From NCBI RefSeq assembly GCF_006345805.1, contig NC_043006.1:90706001-90770000 (forward strand): a stretch of 64,000 bases of DNA, in the 5' to 3' direction. This document shows, one piece after another, positions 12,946 through 26,647 of the stretch (its first letter is position 1; the number at the start of each line of letters is the position of its first letter). Position numbers and translations under genes: made by a program. The notes under the pieces were generated by a model. It was not told where the DNA came from and searched no databases. It saw nothing but the letters and a program-made list of their open reading frames with translations. The stretch comes from Octopus sinensis (taxonomy: Eukaryota).

Positions 12946-15309
12946 TGTGATTTAAAAGAGATTTGACTGTTCTTTTTTAGTAGAATAGCTGAGTGCTATA
13001 AATTTCATCACTATTTTAAGTTCAAATTTTGCTGGGTTTCACTTGTTTTTTCATCAGTGTAATGTCAATATTGAAGACAACTGAGTATGTCTCTTTGTGG
13101 TAAAGAAACTAAGTATCATCATCATCATCATCATCTGTTGAGATCTTTCTCATGCTGGCATGAGCTAGATGCATTTCTGATTTTGATTTACAACCTATGT
13201 GCACACATTCACATTTTTATCTCTCTCTCTCATTCTCTCTTTCTCTGAAACACCAAAACACTACTCACAGATACTCTATCTCTTCATTTTCCTGTTCTAT
13301 AACTCTCATTGACCTCTATTCAAGGGAAGAAGCTAGTTACATATTTACTCCATCTAGGTCCATGCAACACACACTTTTCACTCCTCTCATGTTATACTGT
13401 ATCCTCTCTATGTGCTGCCCATGCCATTCTCTCCAACATGGTATTCCTGTAGAATTACCTTCCTTTCACATTATTTCTTCAGATTCTGATTTACAGGTGT
13501 TCAAACTGAGTATTTAACTGTATCAATTTCATCAATTTCATCACTGTTGAGGGATCTGCAAAAGCCATGGACACCAAAGACTACTTCTCTGTCACTAAAC
13601 TATATGAAAATATAAAATAAAAGGAAAGCTAACACACTCACTGTTTAAGGTATTATTAGAAAGAGAAATAATTTACTCTTTGTGTGGAAAACAAACATTA
13701 AATGCAGGATTAAATAGATTTATTGCTTTCACATCTAATTGCCATAAAATTGACACTTATTTAAAAAGTCAGTCTCTCTCTCTCCCTCTCTCACTCTCAT
13801 TTAAATGAATCTTTCACCTTTGAAGACAACACCATGAACAAAAATAAGTTTAGGTAATTCTCTTAAATCACTTATCCAGTAGATAAAACATTTTATTTGA
13901 ACATGAGGTTGCTGAATTGATGAAAATTCTAATCCCTTATATAACTCAGATTGAATTTATGCTCTAAATCAGTCAAACAATAATAAAGCTTTGCAAACTG
14001 TTCCCAGCAACTGTCAATTATCATTCCAAAAGCTCTATCTGCTTGTAGATCTATGTTATTGATTGTGTCCTTCTTTGTTCTAAAGAATCAGATCATTGTC
14101 CACAGAGACTAGCTAATGCTTTATACTGCGATTTTATTTTGTATTAACCCATTCAATTCATATTTACTGCTAACAAACTGAAAAATTTATCCTTATCACT
14201 GAAAAGACAGAAATGATAAACATTGCATACATATGCAAGAGATAGTTTCCTTTGAAAACTTTCACCATCACTAAACAAGAACCTGATGAAAAATTGCATC
14301 TAGATTTGTCTTTTGAACACAGTCTTTGCTTATCTTTGAAAGCATCAAAATCCATTGACATTGGATGTTGTTATTATAGTTAGGCAAACAGATATAGGCA
14401 CTTTGCTGAATCAATGGCAGAAATATTAAATATGATTAAAGAAATATTAATTATTTATTTTGACTTTTTGCATGACTTCAAATGGAACTCTATCTAGAAA
14501 GTTCTGATTCAGTTCTAAACAGCTTAAAAGTATTCCTAAATTTGGTTTAATAATGTTAAGATTTTTGAAACCTTAAAAGTATGTTGTATTTAAATGCTTG
14601 TAAGAAAAACATGTATTTTAATATGCCCGCACATGACTACAGTCCATTAGCTGGAGTCAGTAGAGTATCATTAAACAAGTCAAATAGATTTGAAGAACTT
14701 AGAAAATTGGTATCATGAAAGTCCTTACTAATTTATTTTTATTCTCAAATAAAAACTATTGCAACAATATGAACTAAAATCTATTGTATATTGTACAAAA
14801 TTTAAGTAAAAAAGATTCCAAAGGGGACTGAAGTTTCTCTTGCAATTGTTTAAAGTTGTTTAATTGTGAGTGTCCCCACTACCCAATCCAGTGAGAGCCC
14901 AGAAGAAAGTCTCTTCATGGTTTCCTGATCTACTACAAATAACAATTGACTCACCTTCCAATCACACCCTACTATCTTAAAGAAGCAGTAGTGGATTTTG
15001 CATAATATAGGCCTTAAATTTGGGGGATGAGAAGGGAAGTTTATGGGTGGCACATCATTAATCATAGGTCTGTTTCATCAATTCTGACTTGCAACCAAAG
15101 AAGAATTAAGAGCTAAATGTATGTTGGCCAAATTAGTTATTAAACTGTAGCATAAATTTTCTTGACCCTTTCTAGTTTAGAAAATGCTTTAACATTAAAC
15201 ATGTCTCATATATGAAAGCATCAAGTACTTATGCAACTATTTTCATCATTATTTAGGCTTTATCCTAAACTCCTGTTGTTTTGCTTTATATCAACTCACG
15301 CTGATCCAA

Positions 15310-15431
15310 ACCATGTGGTCTCCCGTTCGGTCACTTTGTGTGGAAACTTGGGGAAGTGTCTTCTACTACAGCTCAGTCTTACCAAAATGTTATGAGTAGA
15401 TTTAGTAGATGAAAACTGAAAGAAACCTGTC

Positions 15432-15470
<39 letters not shown>
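15310..15470 (+). mobile_element. CORE-like SINE (family B) 5' half, ending in its (TG)n tract
   Basis: aaccatgtggtctcccgttcggtcactttgtgtggaaacttggggaagtgtcttctactacagc...gatttagtagatgaaaactgaaagaaacc(TA/TG)n, homologous to 30470-30700. Confidence 0.75.
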
Positions 15471-15471
<1 letters not shown>

Positions 15472-15473
15472 CT

Positions 15474-15807
15474 GAGACCCCCTTCGGTCACGACAGAGAC
15501 CATGGGATTGCACCTAGAAAGTTACCTTCCCAGGCACAAGTCTGGGCAAGGTTGTTTATGGAAGACCAGCAGTCACCCATGCATACCAGCCTCCCCTCGC
15601 CATGCCACCAGTGTTATCCAAGGAAAAGGCAAAGGCCAATACAGCTTGGCACCTGTGACGTTGCAACTCATTTCTACAGCTGAGTGAACTGGAGCAACGT
15701 GAAATAAAGTGTCTTGCTCAAGAACACAATGCACAACCTGGTCTGGGATTTGAGCTCACAACCTCATGATCATAAGCTCGACGCTCTAACCACTGAGCCA
15801 TGCACCT
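15474..15807 (-). mobile_element. tRNA-derived SINE, family C, full length
   Basis: Minus-strand head aggtgcatggctcagtggttagagcgtcgagcttatgatcatgaggttgtgagctcaaatcccagacc with A- and B-box-like motifs; second copy at 46468-46758. Confidence 0.8.
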
Positions 15808-15812
15808 AGAAG

Positions 15813-15851
<39 letters not shown>

Positions 15852-16345
15852 GATATATATACATATATACATATATACAGAGAGAGAGAGAGAGAAGAGG
15901 AATGAATGTAAAAATACATTATGCAGGATATATTCTAGATATTTAAAAATTATCCACAAATATATCTGTGACTAGAATATGCCACTCTTCTTTCATATAT
16001 ATGCATACATACATTATATGTATGTATGTATAATTAAGATTCAGTTGAATTAGGTACTTAAATTGAGGCACCTTGCTAGTTAGGTATAATCTGCACCCCC
16101 CCAGCTATATTATTTGAATATTGGATATCAAGGCTCTGTGCACCCAATATTCTTGTTGTGTGTGTAGACAACATGACCCAGCTAAGTGAAGATATCTGCT
16201 CTTGGTAATTCAGACCTGTACTTTTTATAAAGGTACTTTCTATAGTATTTCCAAAGTGCAGATTCCAAGTTAGGTCAACAGAATATAAATAAGTAACAAA
16301 GGTGTACAAGTGTCTGTTCATTACAGTCATTTTAAGTGGCTCCAT

Positions 16346-16543
16346 TTAACTGATTAATGAAAACATTACATCAATATGTAAGAAACCCTTCTCGTCAGAT
16401 GAACGCATAGACTTCAAACAAAAAGGATAAACCATTTTTTAACTATTTGTCAAAAAATGGTTTATCCTCTATGTTTGAAGTCTATGTGTTCATCTGACAA
16501 CAGTTTCTTTCAAATTGATGTAACATTTTCATTAATCAATTAA
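16346..16543. repeat. Fold-back (MITE-like) palindrome, about 95/92-bp arms, 11-nt loop
   Basis: 16346-16440 is the imperfect reverse complement of 16452-16543; both ends are TTAA. Confidence 0.85.
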
Positions 16544-16599
16544 AAAGAACCGTTTGATACAGTCATAATGAATTGACATCTGTACATCTTTGTTACTTA

Positions 16600-16875
16600 T
16601 ACATTTGTGTGTTTGTGTGTACCCTTACCTTAACATCATGTGATGGTTGTAAGTGAATGTCAGTTACACAAGTGTTGTTCTTTGTTTCCAGTCTTTGTAA
16701 AATATGTCTGGGCATGTGAAAATATTTCCTTGCTGTAAAACAGATGAGGGTTGGTGACAGGAAGAGCACCTAGCCATAGAAAATCTGTCTCAAGAAATTT
16801 CATCTGACCTATAAAAGGTAAATGCCATAATGCTGGTTGTGGAAGCAGCAGCAGTGGTGGTGGTGATGGTGGTGA
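16600..16875 (+). mobile_element. 3' half of a family-B SINE with RTE-like tail
   Basis: ccttaacatcatgtgatggttgtaa...gagggttggtgacaggaagagcacctagccatagaaaatctg, homologous to 52700-52930. Confidence 0.7.
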
Positions 16876-19800
16876 AGCTGATGATGAATGTCAGAGAGGA
16901 TTCATTTTATAAATATATTGTTTAAAGTTGTAAATCTTATAATATCATATGAATTTAATAAAATCTACAAAATTAATTTTGTAGCAAAGATTTATGAATA
17001 AGAATTACTTCAAGATAATAACTTTTTTGTTTTATTTAAATCCAGAAGAACTAGAACATTTGAGTATTTTCACATTTTCTTTTTTCTCTGAAATATCAGT
17101 TTTCAGCCAAAAAATAATTCATTTTGAAAAATGGGTTTTTTTTTTCATGATTTTTACCTGACAAGGTTTTAATCAGATAATTCTTATCAATAAATTTCAC
17201 ACATAATGAGAAAAAAATATTGTTGTAGTCTTAATTAATTTTAAAATCTGTGACAAAAATTGTGACTATTATTATTGGTTTATCACTTCAATTTTCAATA
17301 ATGTGTTTCTCTAATTATCTAAAATTAACATTATTCTACTTAATATTGTCTAATTTAATTTTACAGAATTATGTGTGTGTTAATACTAGCTAGAAACTTT
17401 TCTAAATGCTCTCAGTGTCTATATTTTTATTTACATATAGAAAATACAGTAATTACACTTCATGTTTATTACAGAAATTATATTTGGAATTTATCATTTC
17501 TACCTTCTTTATATATTAATGGTTTCCTCTCTTTATATAATTGAAAGTGTCATGAGTAGCTTGAATTTTTTTATGATACTCAAATCTGCATACTACATTA
17601 CTGTAATTTTGAAGTGTATTGATGTTTCTTTGTGCTTTTCCTCTGTCAAGATTTTTGATAAATCTTTAGGTTTCAGCTTTGCATTTAAGACACTTTTATT
17701 TATGGATTGATTTTCTGACTTATCTTTACTTTTTATATTTTGGTAATGATTCAAAATTTAGCTGATCTTATTTAATTTAGCTGATATCCTAATCTTATTC
17801 ATGGAATTATCTTCTTACACCTTTAATCCTCCTCCATGATGATAATAATACTGAATATGGAAGTGGATCATTACATATAACATGGATAGCCACCAGATTG
17901 TTAAATTGTGCAGATTGTTTATTGTGCAATTAAAGTATTTATATAGATCTCAATTACTCCTTCATTAGGTTAATGGTTCCTATTAAAAATAAATTCATTC
18001 ATCAGATAGCATTGCAATAGTGCCATCAGTTTTAATACCAATCAAAATATGTTACAGCATTTAGTTATGCTTCTCACTTTTAATCCTCGTAAAGTCAGCT
18101 TTGCTTTAGAATCTTTGGTTTTGATAAAATTAAGTACTAGTCAAGTAACTGAGTTAATTCAATCAACTACACCTTTCCTTGAAAATTGTGTTAGAACATA
18201 GAATATCTGTAGAAAAATAGTTGACGATATGAGTGTTTTAGCCATTCCAGTACCAATGTCTCTATTTATATTTAAATCAACATCTAAGGAAATCTTATTG
18301 TGACTTGAATCAATAACACCAATTGAGATACATAGAAACAATTTTTATTTATGTTAAAAATCTGGTTTTAAAAGGGTATGCACCTACAAAATATAATTTA
18401 TTTGAATTTGAGAGAATAAACTTAGGAATCTTGCAGACTACTTGTTTTTGGGACAAATGATCAGAGAGATATAGCTACTTAAAGCAAATGAAGACAATGT
18501 TGTTTCAAGCTAGTTAAAACTTTCAGCCACTGCACTTTTATGCATTTCACCATCGTCGTTGTCTTCATCATCATTGTTGTTGTTGTCAACATTGCTACTG
18601 TTGTGGTTATCATTTTCATTTCACCACTATCATCATTTTTACAGTTGTTTATCTAACCTTGCATGCATTGGATAAACACTTTCCAACAGAGTGATGCACT
18701 AATTTTGTATTGTTTTGCCATCTCCCTTTGTCTTCCTCTTCCAGTTTCCTTTAGCTTGTTCTCCTGACACATTATATGTCCATTTCAACGGTCATCTTTC
18801 TAGTCTTTCATCAGTGTTGACTGTTTATAAATTATAATTTAAGTATATTTTACAGACAATAGAGTCATTAGAGAAATAATTTTAATGACTTTGAATAGTG
18901 GAATAGAGTTGGGCATGTTGTACAAATAAATAAATAAGGTTCTGGCTTCACAGCTGAGTAGAACATTAAGATCCTTAATTTAGATATTTCTAAAAGAACT
19001 ATCATTACCAATCAATGTTTTTCACTATCACTTTCTCAATAACGTTGCCTATTTTTAAGTTACCATTCATCCTTTTTGTCATTTCAAAACATAAGGAATA
19101 ATTGCTTTCAACTTGCTTTCAAATTCTGATTTTGAAAAATTCCTCCAATCTCATCTTTTCATCCTTGTAAAAACAGTGAAATATCAGGCAAGAGTTGTGG
19201 TCAGTTTAATTGACTAATTTTGAACTTCTCTGCTTAATTTGAGCTTGAACAAAGTTATTAAGTAACATAAAAATAAATACTTGGCACACTTCATTGACAA
19301 GCTAAAATATAAGCATTTTCCATTTCCTGCATTTACAGTTGTACTGCCACAGCACTACTCTGCACAGGAACAGGTTACAGGTTTATATTTATAAATCCTA
19401 AGATTTACAAACATAAGGTCCACCTTTCAAAGTCAGTTGTAACTAAATTCACTGACTGATTTAATTTCAGAAGCTTGCAATGTTTTTATGGATTCTGTGT
19501 TTTTCTTGTCTTCTGTAATATATTATTTGTTCACCACTTTACCTCCAAAGCCACTAACATACGTTCAAGAATTTTGTCTACGCTGTGTGTATGAAATCAT
19601 AGGTTTAAGCCATCATTCTTTTTCTGAAAATGTTTTCTTTCCACATTTTACTTTATTGATGTGATGCATTTTATTTTCACTATATGTGGCTTACAATTTT
19701 TTTAATTTTTTTTAAGGAGGTTAATCCAAGAGTGTTAGTCACACATCATTCATAATATTAAAGCCAAAAATCAATGAAAAACCCATATTTGAAATTCTGC

Positions 19801-19973
19801 AAGTCTATAAAATAAAATGTAGTTGATCATGGCAGTATCCTTAGCATACTTCCAGTTGATGTAGGTAGGATTAGATACCTCTTTTTTAAAATAGGAATTT
19901 TGCTTCAGTTTTTATTTATTGCCATACACTGACAAAAATTTCAAATACTGGTAATTTTAAATGCAAATAAATA

Positions 19974-21189
19974 TGAGAGGGTACCCAAAAGTAACTGGAA
20001 GCTCTATCCGACAAGCTTGTTGTAGTTCAGGCTTCCACTGCTAGTAACCACTTGATGTGACCCTCATGCATCAGTCCGCTAACCAGCAGTGTCAAGTCAA
20101 GTCATTCTGCCACATAGTACATCATTATTTTGCATTATTTCTCCCTTTTGTCATCAATTTTTGCAATGGCTAAAATGAAGGAACAGCATACTTCTATGAA
20201 ATTGTTTTCTGCTGGGGAAAACGGTAGCCAAAACAGTTGTCATGCTTCAAACAGCTTACAAGGATGCTGCCACAAGTAAAACACAAGTTTATAAGTGGTT
20301 TTCAAGCTTTAGGAATGGTCACTTGTTACTTGAAGACCAACCTTGATCAGGTGATTGTCGACCACCCGAATGAATGAAAACATCACAAAAATTCATGAAC
20401 TGATTTTCAAGGATTGTCGCTGAACAATTGATTAACTTGTTCATATGACTGGTGTAGCCTGGAACTCCTGCCAATGAATTTTGAGTGAGGAATTGTGAAT
20501 GAAATGAGTTGCAGCAAAATTTGAGCCTCGTTTGCTCATGGAAGATCAAAAACAGTCACGACTGTATGTGCATTGTGATCTGAAAGAACAGTTGGAAGTT
20601 GATTCAAACCTTTTTTTGGAAGGTCATCACTGATAACAAAAGCTGGTGTTATGGTTACGATCATGAAACGAAGTAGCAACCAAGTCAATGGAAGCATTCA
20701 GTGTCACCATGCCCCAAAAATGCACATCATGTAAAGTCCAATGTCAAGGCAATACTGATTTGTTTCATTGACAACTGAAATTGTCCACACAGAATTTGTT
20801 CCACATGGTCAGACTGCTAACCAGACATTTTATTTGACAGTTCTGAAGCGTTTGCTAGACACAGTGAGATGAAAACGCCCTGACTTGTGGCAAAGTGTGG
20901 AGTGGTGGTTTCATCATGACAATGCGCCTGTGTACACTGTCTTAACTGTTAGACAGTTTTTGCCAAAAATGGCATGACCTCGCTTACTCACCCTATACAC
21001 CCGATCTTGCTCCTTACAACTTTTTTTGCACCCCCAAATGAAAAACGTCCTTAAAGGAAAACTTTTTGCAGATGTGGAAGAGGCGAAGAAAAATGGAGAA
21101 CACTTTGAAGGTGATAAAAGTGTAAACATATAAAACTAAGTGAATAAAATAATATTGCAAAATTCCAGTTTCTTTTGGGTACTCCCTCA
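19974..21189 (+). mobile_element. Full-length inactive mariner (Tc1/mariner DDD) transposon
   Basis: TA duplication at 19972-19973 and 21190-21191; TIRs tgagagggtacccaaaagtaactggaa / ttccagtttcttttgggtactccctca. Relic transposase includes KTQVYKWFS.FRNG, AAKFEPRLL, ITDNKSWCYGYD, HHDNAP, PDLAPYNFF and GEHFEGD, with many stops and frameshifts. Confidence 0.95.
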
Positions 21190-22359
21190 TAAAATGAACA
21201 TTTTTTAATATAAAATTAAAGTGCATACTTATGAATTAGAGCTTTTATTGTTGTGTTATCTACACTAATTTTAGCTGTAAATTAGCTATTAGCAATTTAT
21301 TATAAACACTTAATTGTACATCAATATTGGTTTTTACATGCTACACACAAAAGATTATTTATATAATTTATTGAAATTTAAGACAAAGAAACAAACAATA
21401 CTTTATACAAAACATTATTAAAGAAACGCACTGCATATAAAACTTATCAATAAGGATCAATTTATGATAGTTAAATTTGTATATATTGTCCTTTGTAAGT
21501 GAACCTGCATTATTTTCTATTTTGAAGGTAGTTTACTAAAAAATGCATATAGGGCTATATAAATACAAGTGTCTTGAGTGAAAGACTTTCAATTAAAGAT
21601 ATGGAGGTGAAAAAGAAAATCAACTTAGGAAGTCCCTAAATACAATTAATCTAAAAATTGTAGAATTAAGTGATATTAAATATAGAATCGTAGCTGATTT
21701 ACTAAAAATACCTTTTGATGTAAATTGAATTTATTTTACCAATATCATTAAAATATTTATGTATAATTTCAAATCATTATATGAATATTTAATAACATCA
21801 TATTTTCAATACAATAGCCAACTTAAAACTGAAGCTTAAAATAATATTAAATTCATGATATTTATATTATTTCTTGTTATCCAATGTCAAATTTAAGTTA
21901 ATGCTTTAAACAAAGGTATTTAATTTTTATTATTGCCATTTTATAGTGGAATTTCCTAATTTCTTTCATCTTGTCTCTATTTTTTACATTCTTTTCATAA
22001 ATATTAGAATCTACATTCTAAAATTTTCTGTGAAAAATAGAAACCAATTTAGAATTTATATATTTCATATGGTAAAATGTTTTGGTATAAGCTGATTTAT
22101 TTCTGGGACACATTTCAATTTGCTTCCATCACAAATATGCTTGGTAGAATACCTCAATGCCTCATTCTAATTTTTTCCTCAAAATAAAATAAACTTTATG
22201 AAAGCTGACCTACATCATATTGTTTAAATATTAAATCTGTTGAGTTGCAATCACTCAGCAAAATTTAAAATATCAATATTTAATTACATTGATCATTTTG
22301 AGTTTAACCTTATTTATTCTCATTGTTTTGTACCAATCTGTCATTATCTCGCGGTTCCA

Positions 22360-22580
22360 AAGGTGACGAACTGGCAGAATTGTTAGCTCCCTGGATGGAA
22401 TAGTTAGCAGTATTTTGCCCTTCGCTACGTTCTGAGTTCAAATTCTGCTGAGGTTGACTTTGCCTTTCATCCTTTCTGGGTCAATAAATTAAGTACCAGT
22501 TGAGTACTGGGGGTTGATGTAATCGACTTAACCCTTCCCACCAAATTTTAGGCCTTGTGCTTGTAGCAGAAAGGATTATC
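22360..22580 (+). mobile_element. SINE family A (Meta-domain-like), full length
   Basis: aaggtgacgaactggcagaattgttag...gttctgagttcaaattctgctgaggttgactttgcctttcatcctttctgggtcaataaattaagtaccag...aggccttgtgc...agaaaggattat. The gcctttcatccttt...aagtaccag segment resembles the MetaSINE central domain as I recall it. Confidence 0.85.
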
Positions 22581-22725
22581 TTGTAGTTTCAAGATTTTAA
22601 TGATGTGATTGTTTATTTTCAGAATGACATTGTCAAGTAGGTGTAAGAGGCAGGATCTGCCCTGTTTGAAAATAAAGCAGGTAGAACATTGTGGCCATAT
22701 ATGGCCTGTTTAAATACTAAGAGTA
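22581..22725 (+). repeat. Unclassified dispersed repeat, family E
   Basis: tttcaagattttaatgatgtg...cagaatgacattgtcaagtaggtgtaagaggcagg...; reverse-complement copy at about 58120-58275. Confidence 0.6.
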
Positions 22726-23774
22726 TAGACTATTGAATACTACACCTCTGTAATAAATTGACTACAAAATAGTTTTTTTATTGAATGAACATTCCAATTA
22801 ATACATGTATTATATTTGCGGAGTGCTTCCCATTGTTACAGTTTAAATTAAGATATCTTGACTACTGTTAACATTTCTTCAACATTTGGCAGTTAGATAT
22901 GCAATTTCTGTAAAAATTCATTACTTTTGTGATTAAAATTACTTTGTGAAAGGGAAATTACTAAGTTGAAGCACTTTGTTTTTCAAAGTATTGTTCATTG
23001 AGCTTTTAGATTTCATAAAAAATTACCATTTATGGTATAAGCCAAATTAGATATAGCTTTGAAATGCATTCTTGCTGTGTAGTTTTATTCAATATAGTAT
23101 TTAAATATTCGAAGTGGCATTTGTAACATTTTGTCATATTATGATTATAGTTTTCCAAATGTTTTTCTTAACTATATCAATAGTTACTGAAAATGAACCT
23201 AAGAATATGGATTTCTGTGGGTTGATGCATTTCTAGTGTATGATTTTTAAGACCTAATAACAATGAATTATAATATTTTGTATTCTGCTTCACTTTGATA
23301 AAACCTGGAAATAGAGAACTGTGGTGCTTATTTCATCTCAAGTCAACTGATTATTCTGTTGATTTGAATAGAAATGTCTTAAGTTCTAATAAACTATTCT
23401 TTTAAAATAACATCACTTCCTAGAAAACTGTACATTTTCGTACCTAGACATTGCATATTCTGACATGCTTCTTGATACCTCATTGCAATATTTTAGATTA
23501 CCAACTTCAGTAGTTCATATTTTTATTCTAAGATGTAAAGTAGAAACAGTTGCAATGCATAAAAGAATTATATAACACAAAAAGTTTGAAATATTAACTT
23601 AGCAAAGCGTTTGAGTGCTTACAAGTTAAAGAAGCAATTGAGCAATAAAGTTGATGTATATAAGACAACTATGCTGGAATGAAAATGTTATTGGAATAGA
23701 TGATATAATTAGGTGAAAAATACTATGATTTGATGTTGGGAGACTTGTATGGAATAGTTATTCAGATCTTATGT

Positions 23775-23811
23775 ATACATGTATATATGTATGTATATAT
23801 GTATATATATA

Positions 23812-23858
<47 letters not shown>

Positions 23859-24092
23859 TTATATTTATATATATATATGTGTGTATGTATATATATGTTT
23901 ATATGTATATGTGTATTTGTATGTATGTGTAATATATGTGTGTGTGTGTGTGTATATATATATATGTATATGTATATATGTATATATATGTATGTATATA
24001 TACATATGTGTATATATATATATGTATATATGTATATGTATATATCTGTATATATATATGTATATGTATGTATATATATATGTATGTATATA

Positions 24093-24146
<54 letters not shown>

Positions 24147-24221
24147 TGTATGTATGTATGTATATGTATATATATATGTGAATATATATGTATTTATATA
24201 TGTATTTATTTATATATATAA

Positions 24222-24253
<32 letters not shown>

Positions 24254-24343
24254 GCATGTATGTATGTATGTATATGTATATATATATGTGTATATATATG
24301 TATTTATATATGTATATATATATGTATTTATTTATATATATAA

Positions 24344-24393
<50 letters not shown>

Positions 24394-24510
24394 GTATTTA
24401 TATTTATATATATATATATATATATTTTTATCTTATTTATCTAGTTTCAGCTCACTAGCTGTGGCCATGCTGGGGCACCGCCATTTATATATATATATAT
24501 ATATATATGT
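23775..24510. repeat. Large compound (TA)n/(TG)n/(TATG)n microsatellite array with an embedded SINE tail
   Basis: About 650 bp of TA/TG repeats. 24430-24482 (tttatctagtttcagctcactagctgtggccatgctggggcacc) is the reverse complement of the tail at 47412-47465. Confidence 0.95.
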
Positions 24511-26419
24511 ATTTATATATGCTAAATTGCAGATTAACCTAATCAGTTCAATCATATAAAATTGATGGCCGCAGAGAAAAGTGCAAATTATTAAGAAGCA
24601 TCTATCATGGTTGTATGAAGAAAATCAATACTAGGATTCATCTGATTAATAGTCAGAGTCTTGCAAATAATTTCTATAGATTTTAATGCAACATTTTTCT
24701 TGTAAATAAGCTTCAAAATCTTTAAATAAATTAAAGATATGATAATTGAATCAACAAGATTGATAGAGGAACAGATTTTATTTTCTTCTTTTGATATTTT
24801 TTTTAAAGATCAATATTCAAAGCTACTATGTTAAAATGAGTTGCAGAAACTAGAGAAAATGTGCGAATCATGAATACTGTACTCCTATGAAGAACAGGAG
24901 TACTTGTTATTATCAACTTACTAAAGAATTTTTTTATGTTTGACCCTGTAAATAGTCATGTATAAGAATTTGAAAAAGGGATTTATTGGGATGGTATTAA
25001 AAATATATTCCAGTTATCTGAATATGATTCTCCTGGAAACAAAAACATATCTTTGAAAGAGTTCTTTTAAACTACTTTATATAGACCAATTCTATTGCAA
25101 TCATAAAGTTGAGGTGAGAAATAATGTGTTTTAGTTGCTATAATAATACATTATAATGTAAATTGTCATCAGATCATTAATGTAAGGAGAACGGGCTAGC
25201 TTGGTGAGCAGCAAATCAGTATTCAGAAAGACAAGTAGGTACTCTGGCAAACTAACTAGCTGGAACTTTAAATGTACCAGATATGATGAAGTAGCTAATA
25301 GCATGAGATGGCTTAAATTGAAGATTATCGACTGATTGGATTGCTTGCTAGATAGTAGGTTAGTTGAGTGTCAAAGGTGACATAATGACTACAGCTGGGA
25401 CTTAAGTAAGTGATAGTAAAGTAGCTGTAGTTTAAAGAGGTTTAAAAAGTTCAAAGAGTTGCTACATCATTTGACAATTTAATTGATTTATGCTTGAATG
25501 TCTGAATTTCTGAGATGAATTGTTGCTGTTACAACTATAATCTATCTTGAAAATCTTGATTTGCCCTGTTTTACTTTTGGGGTCAAATTTGCAGTATAGA
25601 ATGTATAATCCCTCTTAATTGATCTCATGGGATATCAACTTTTAGGTGATATTTGCATATTTTGATAAACCTTTTTATTTTATTTTTTCATCTTTTTTTT
25701 TCTTTTGTTTTGTGCTGCTATAAACTATGATAGCTTTTACACACTTCGCTACATAGAAAAATTCATCTTAAACGTTTCATATCCTACTCATTCTATTTCT
25801 TATCCTGTTATGTACAAGAAAGAGCCATTTTTCCCCTTCTTAGCTGATGGAAAATGGTTAAAATATTCCTACTAAATTGCAGGTCTGTTTCAAGTGGCAA
25901 AAAAATAAGGTGATCTTTTTGTATTTTAAAATTTTCTGTTATGGATGGTTGTGAAATGATAGTACATGAAATTAATTCAAGAATGTGCTTGAAAGAATTT
26001 AATGTAATATCAATATTTTTAAGGGGAATGTATTTATTTTATCTTTAGTTTCATTTTTTCCCAATTACATTTTCTTCAAGCTTACAAATAGCAATTTTTT
26101 GTATCCAATCCTATTAGCTTGTTTTTAGGATTTATTTGTTTAAAAAACAAACAAACAAATATCTGTAAAAGATTTTACTTAATAATTAATATTGCTACCA
26201 GAAGTTAATAATTGCTCTTGAAGTATTAATTTAACTTTCTGAAAATTGACTTAAGCGTTTAAAAGAAACTATCCGAGTGAGTCTTATAGCAAGGTTTCTT
26301 CATTAAATGCTTTTGTCTTAAAATTCCATGATAGGAGAAAGATTCTGATACTATTTTCTAAGAACATTTGTAACTTGAAATAGTTTGGTACTTTATCATA
26401 TCAGTGTCATTTAATTTTG

Positions 26420-26492
26420 TGATCCTTGTGTGTGTGTGGGTGTGTGTGCATGTTATGTATGTAAGTTTGTGTATACATATGTATGTGTGTGC

Positions 26493-26549
<57 letters not shown>

Positions 26550-26590
26550 CATATATATATATGTTTGTGTATATATACGTGTGTGTGTTT

Positions 26591-26647
<57 letters not shown>

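Noticed and set aside
14947-14968. Apparent minus-strand microexon IVGCDWK with a perfect AAG|gtgagt donor
   Set aside because: The sequence (ttaagatagtagggtgtgattgg) is part of dispersed repeat family D, also seen near 39500 and 55815.
15740-15807. tRNA-like sequences here and at 30475-30540, 6105-6165 and 46690-46758
   Set aside because: They have A and B boxes but no complete cloverleaf and run straight into SINE bodies; they are SINE heads, not tRNA genes.
15825-15897. (CT)n...(AG)n able to form a hairpin or triplex
   Set aside because: An ordinary juxtaposition of complementary dinucleotide repeats, common in this genome.
23730-24458. Long ORFs (up to 221 aa) rich in Y/I/C/V/M, and similar ORFs at 7587-8073, 8447-8744, 26358-26772, 34036-34428, 46813-47174 and 59613-60021
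   Set aside because: They are translations of (TA)n, (TG)n and (CA)n microsatellites, which lack stop codons; not genes.
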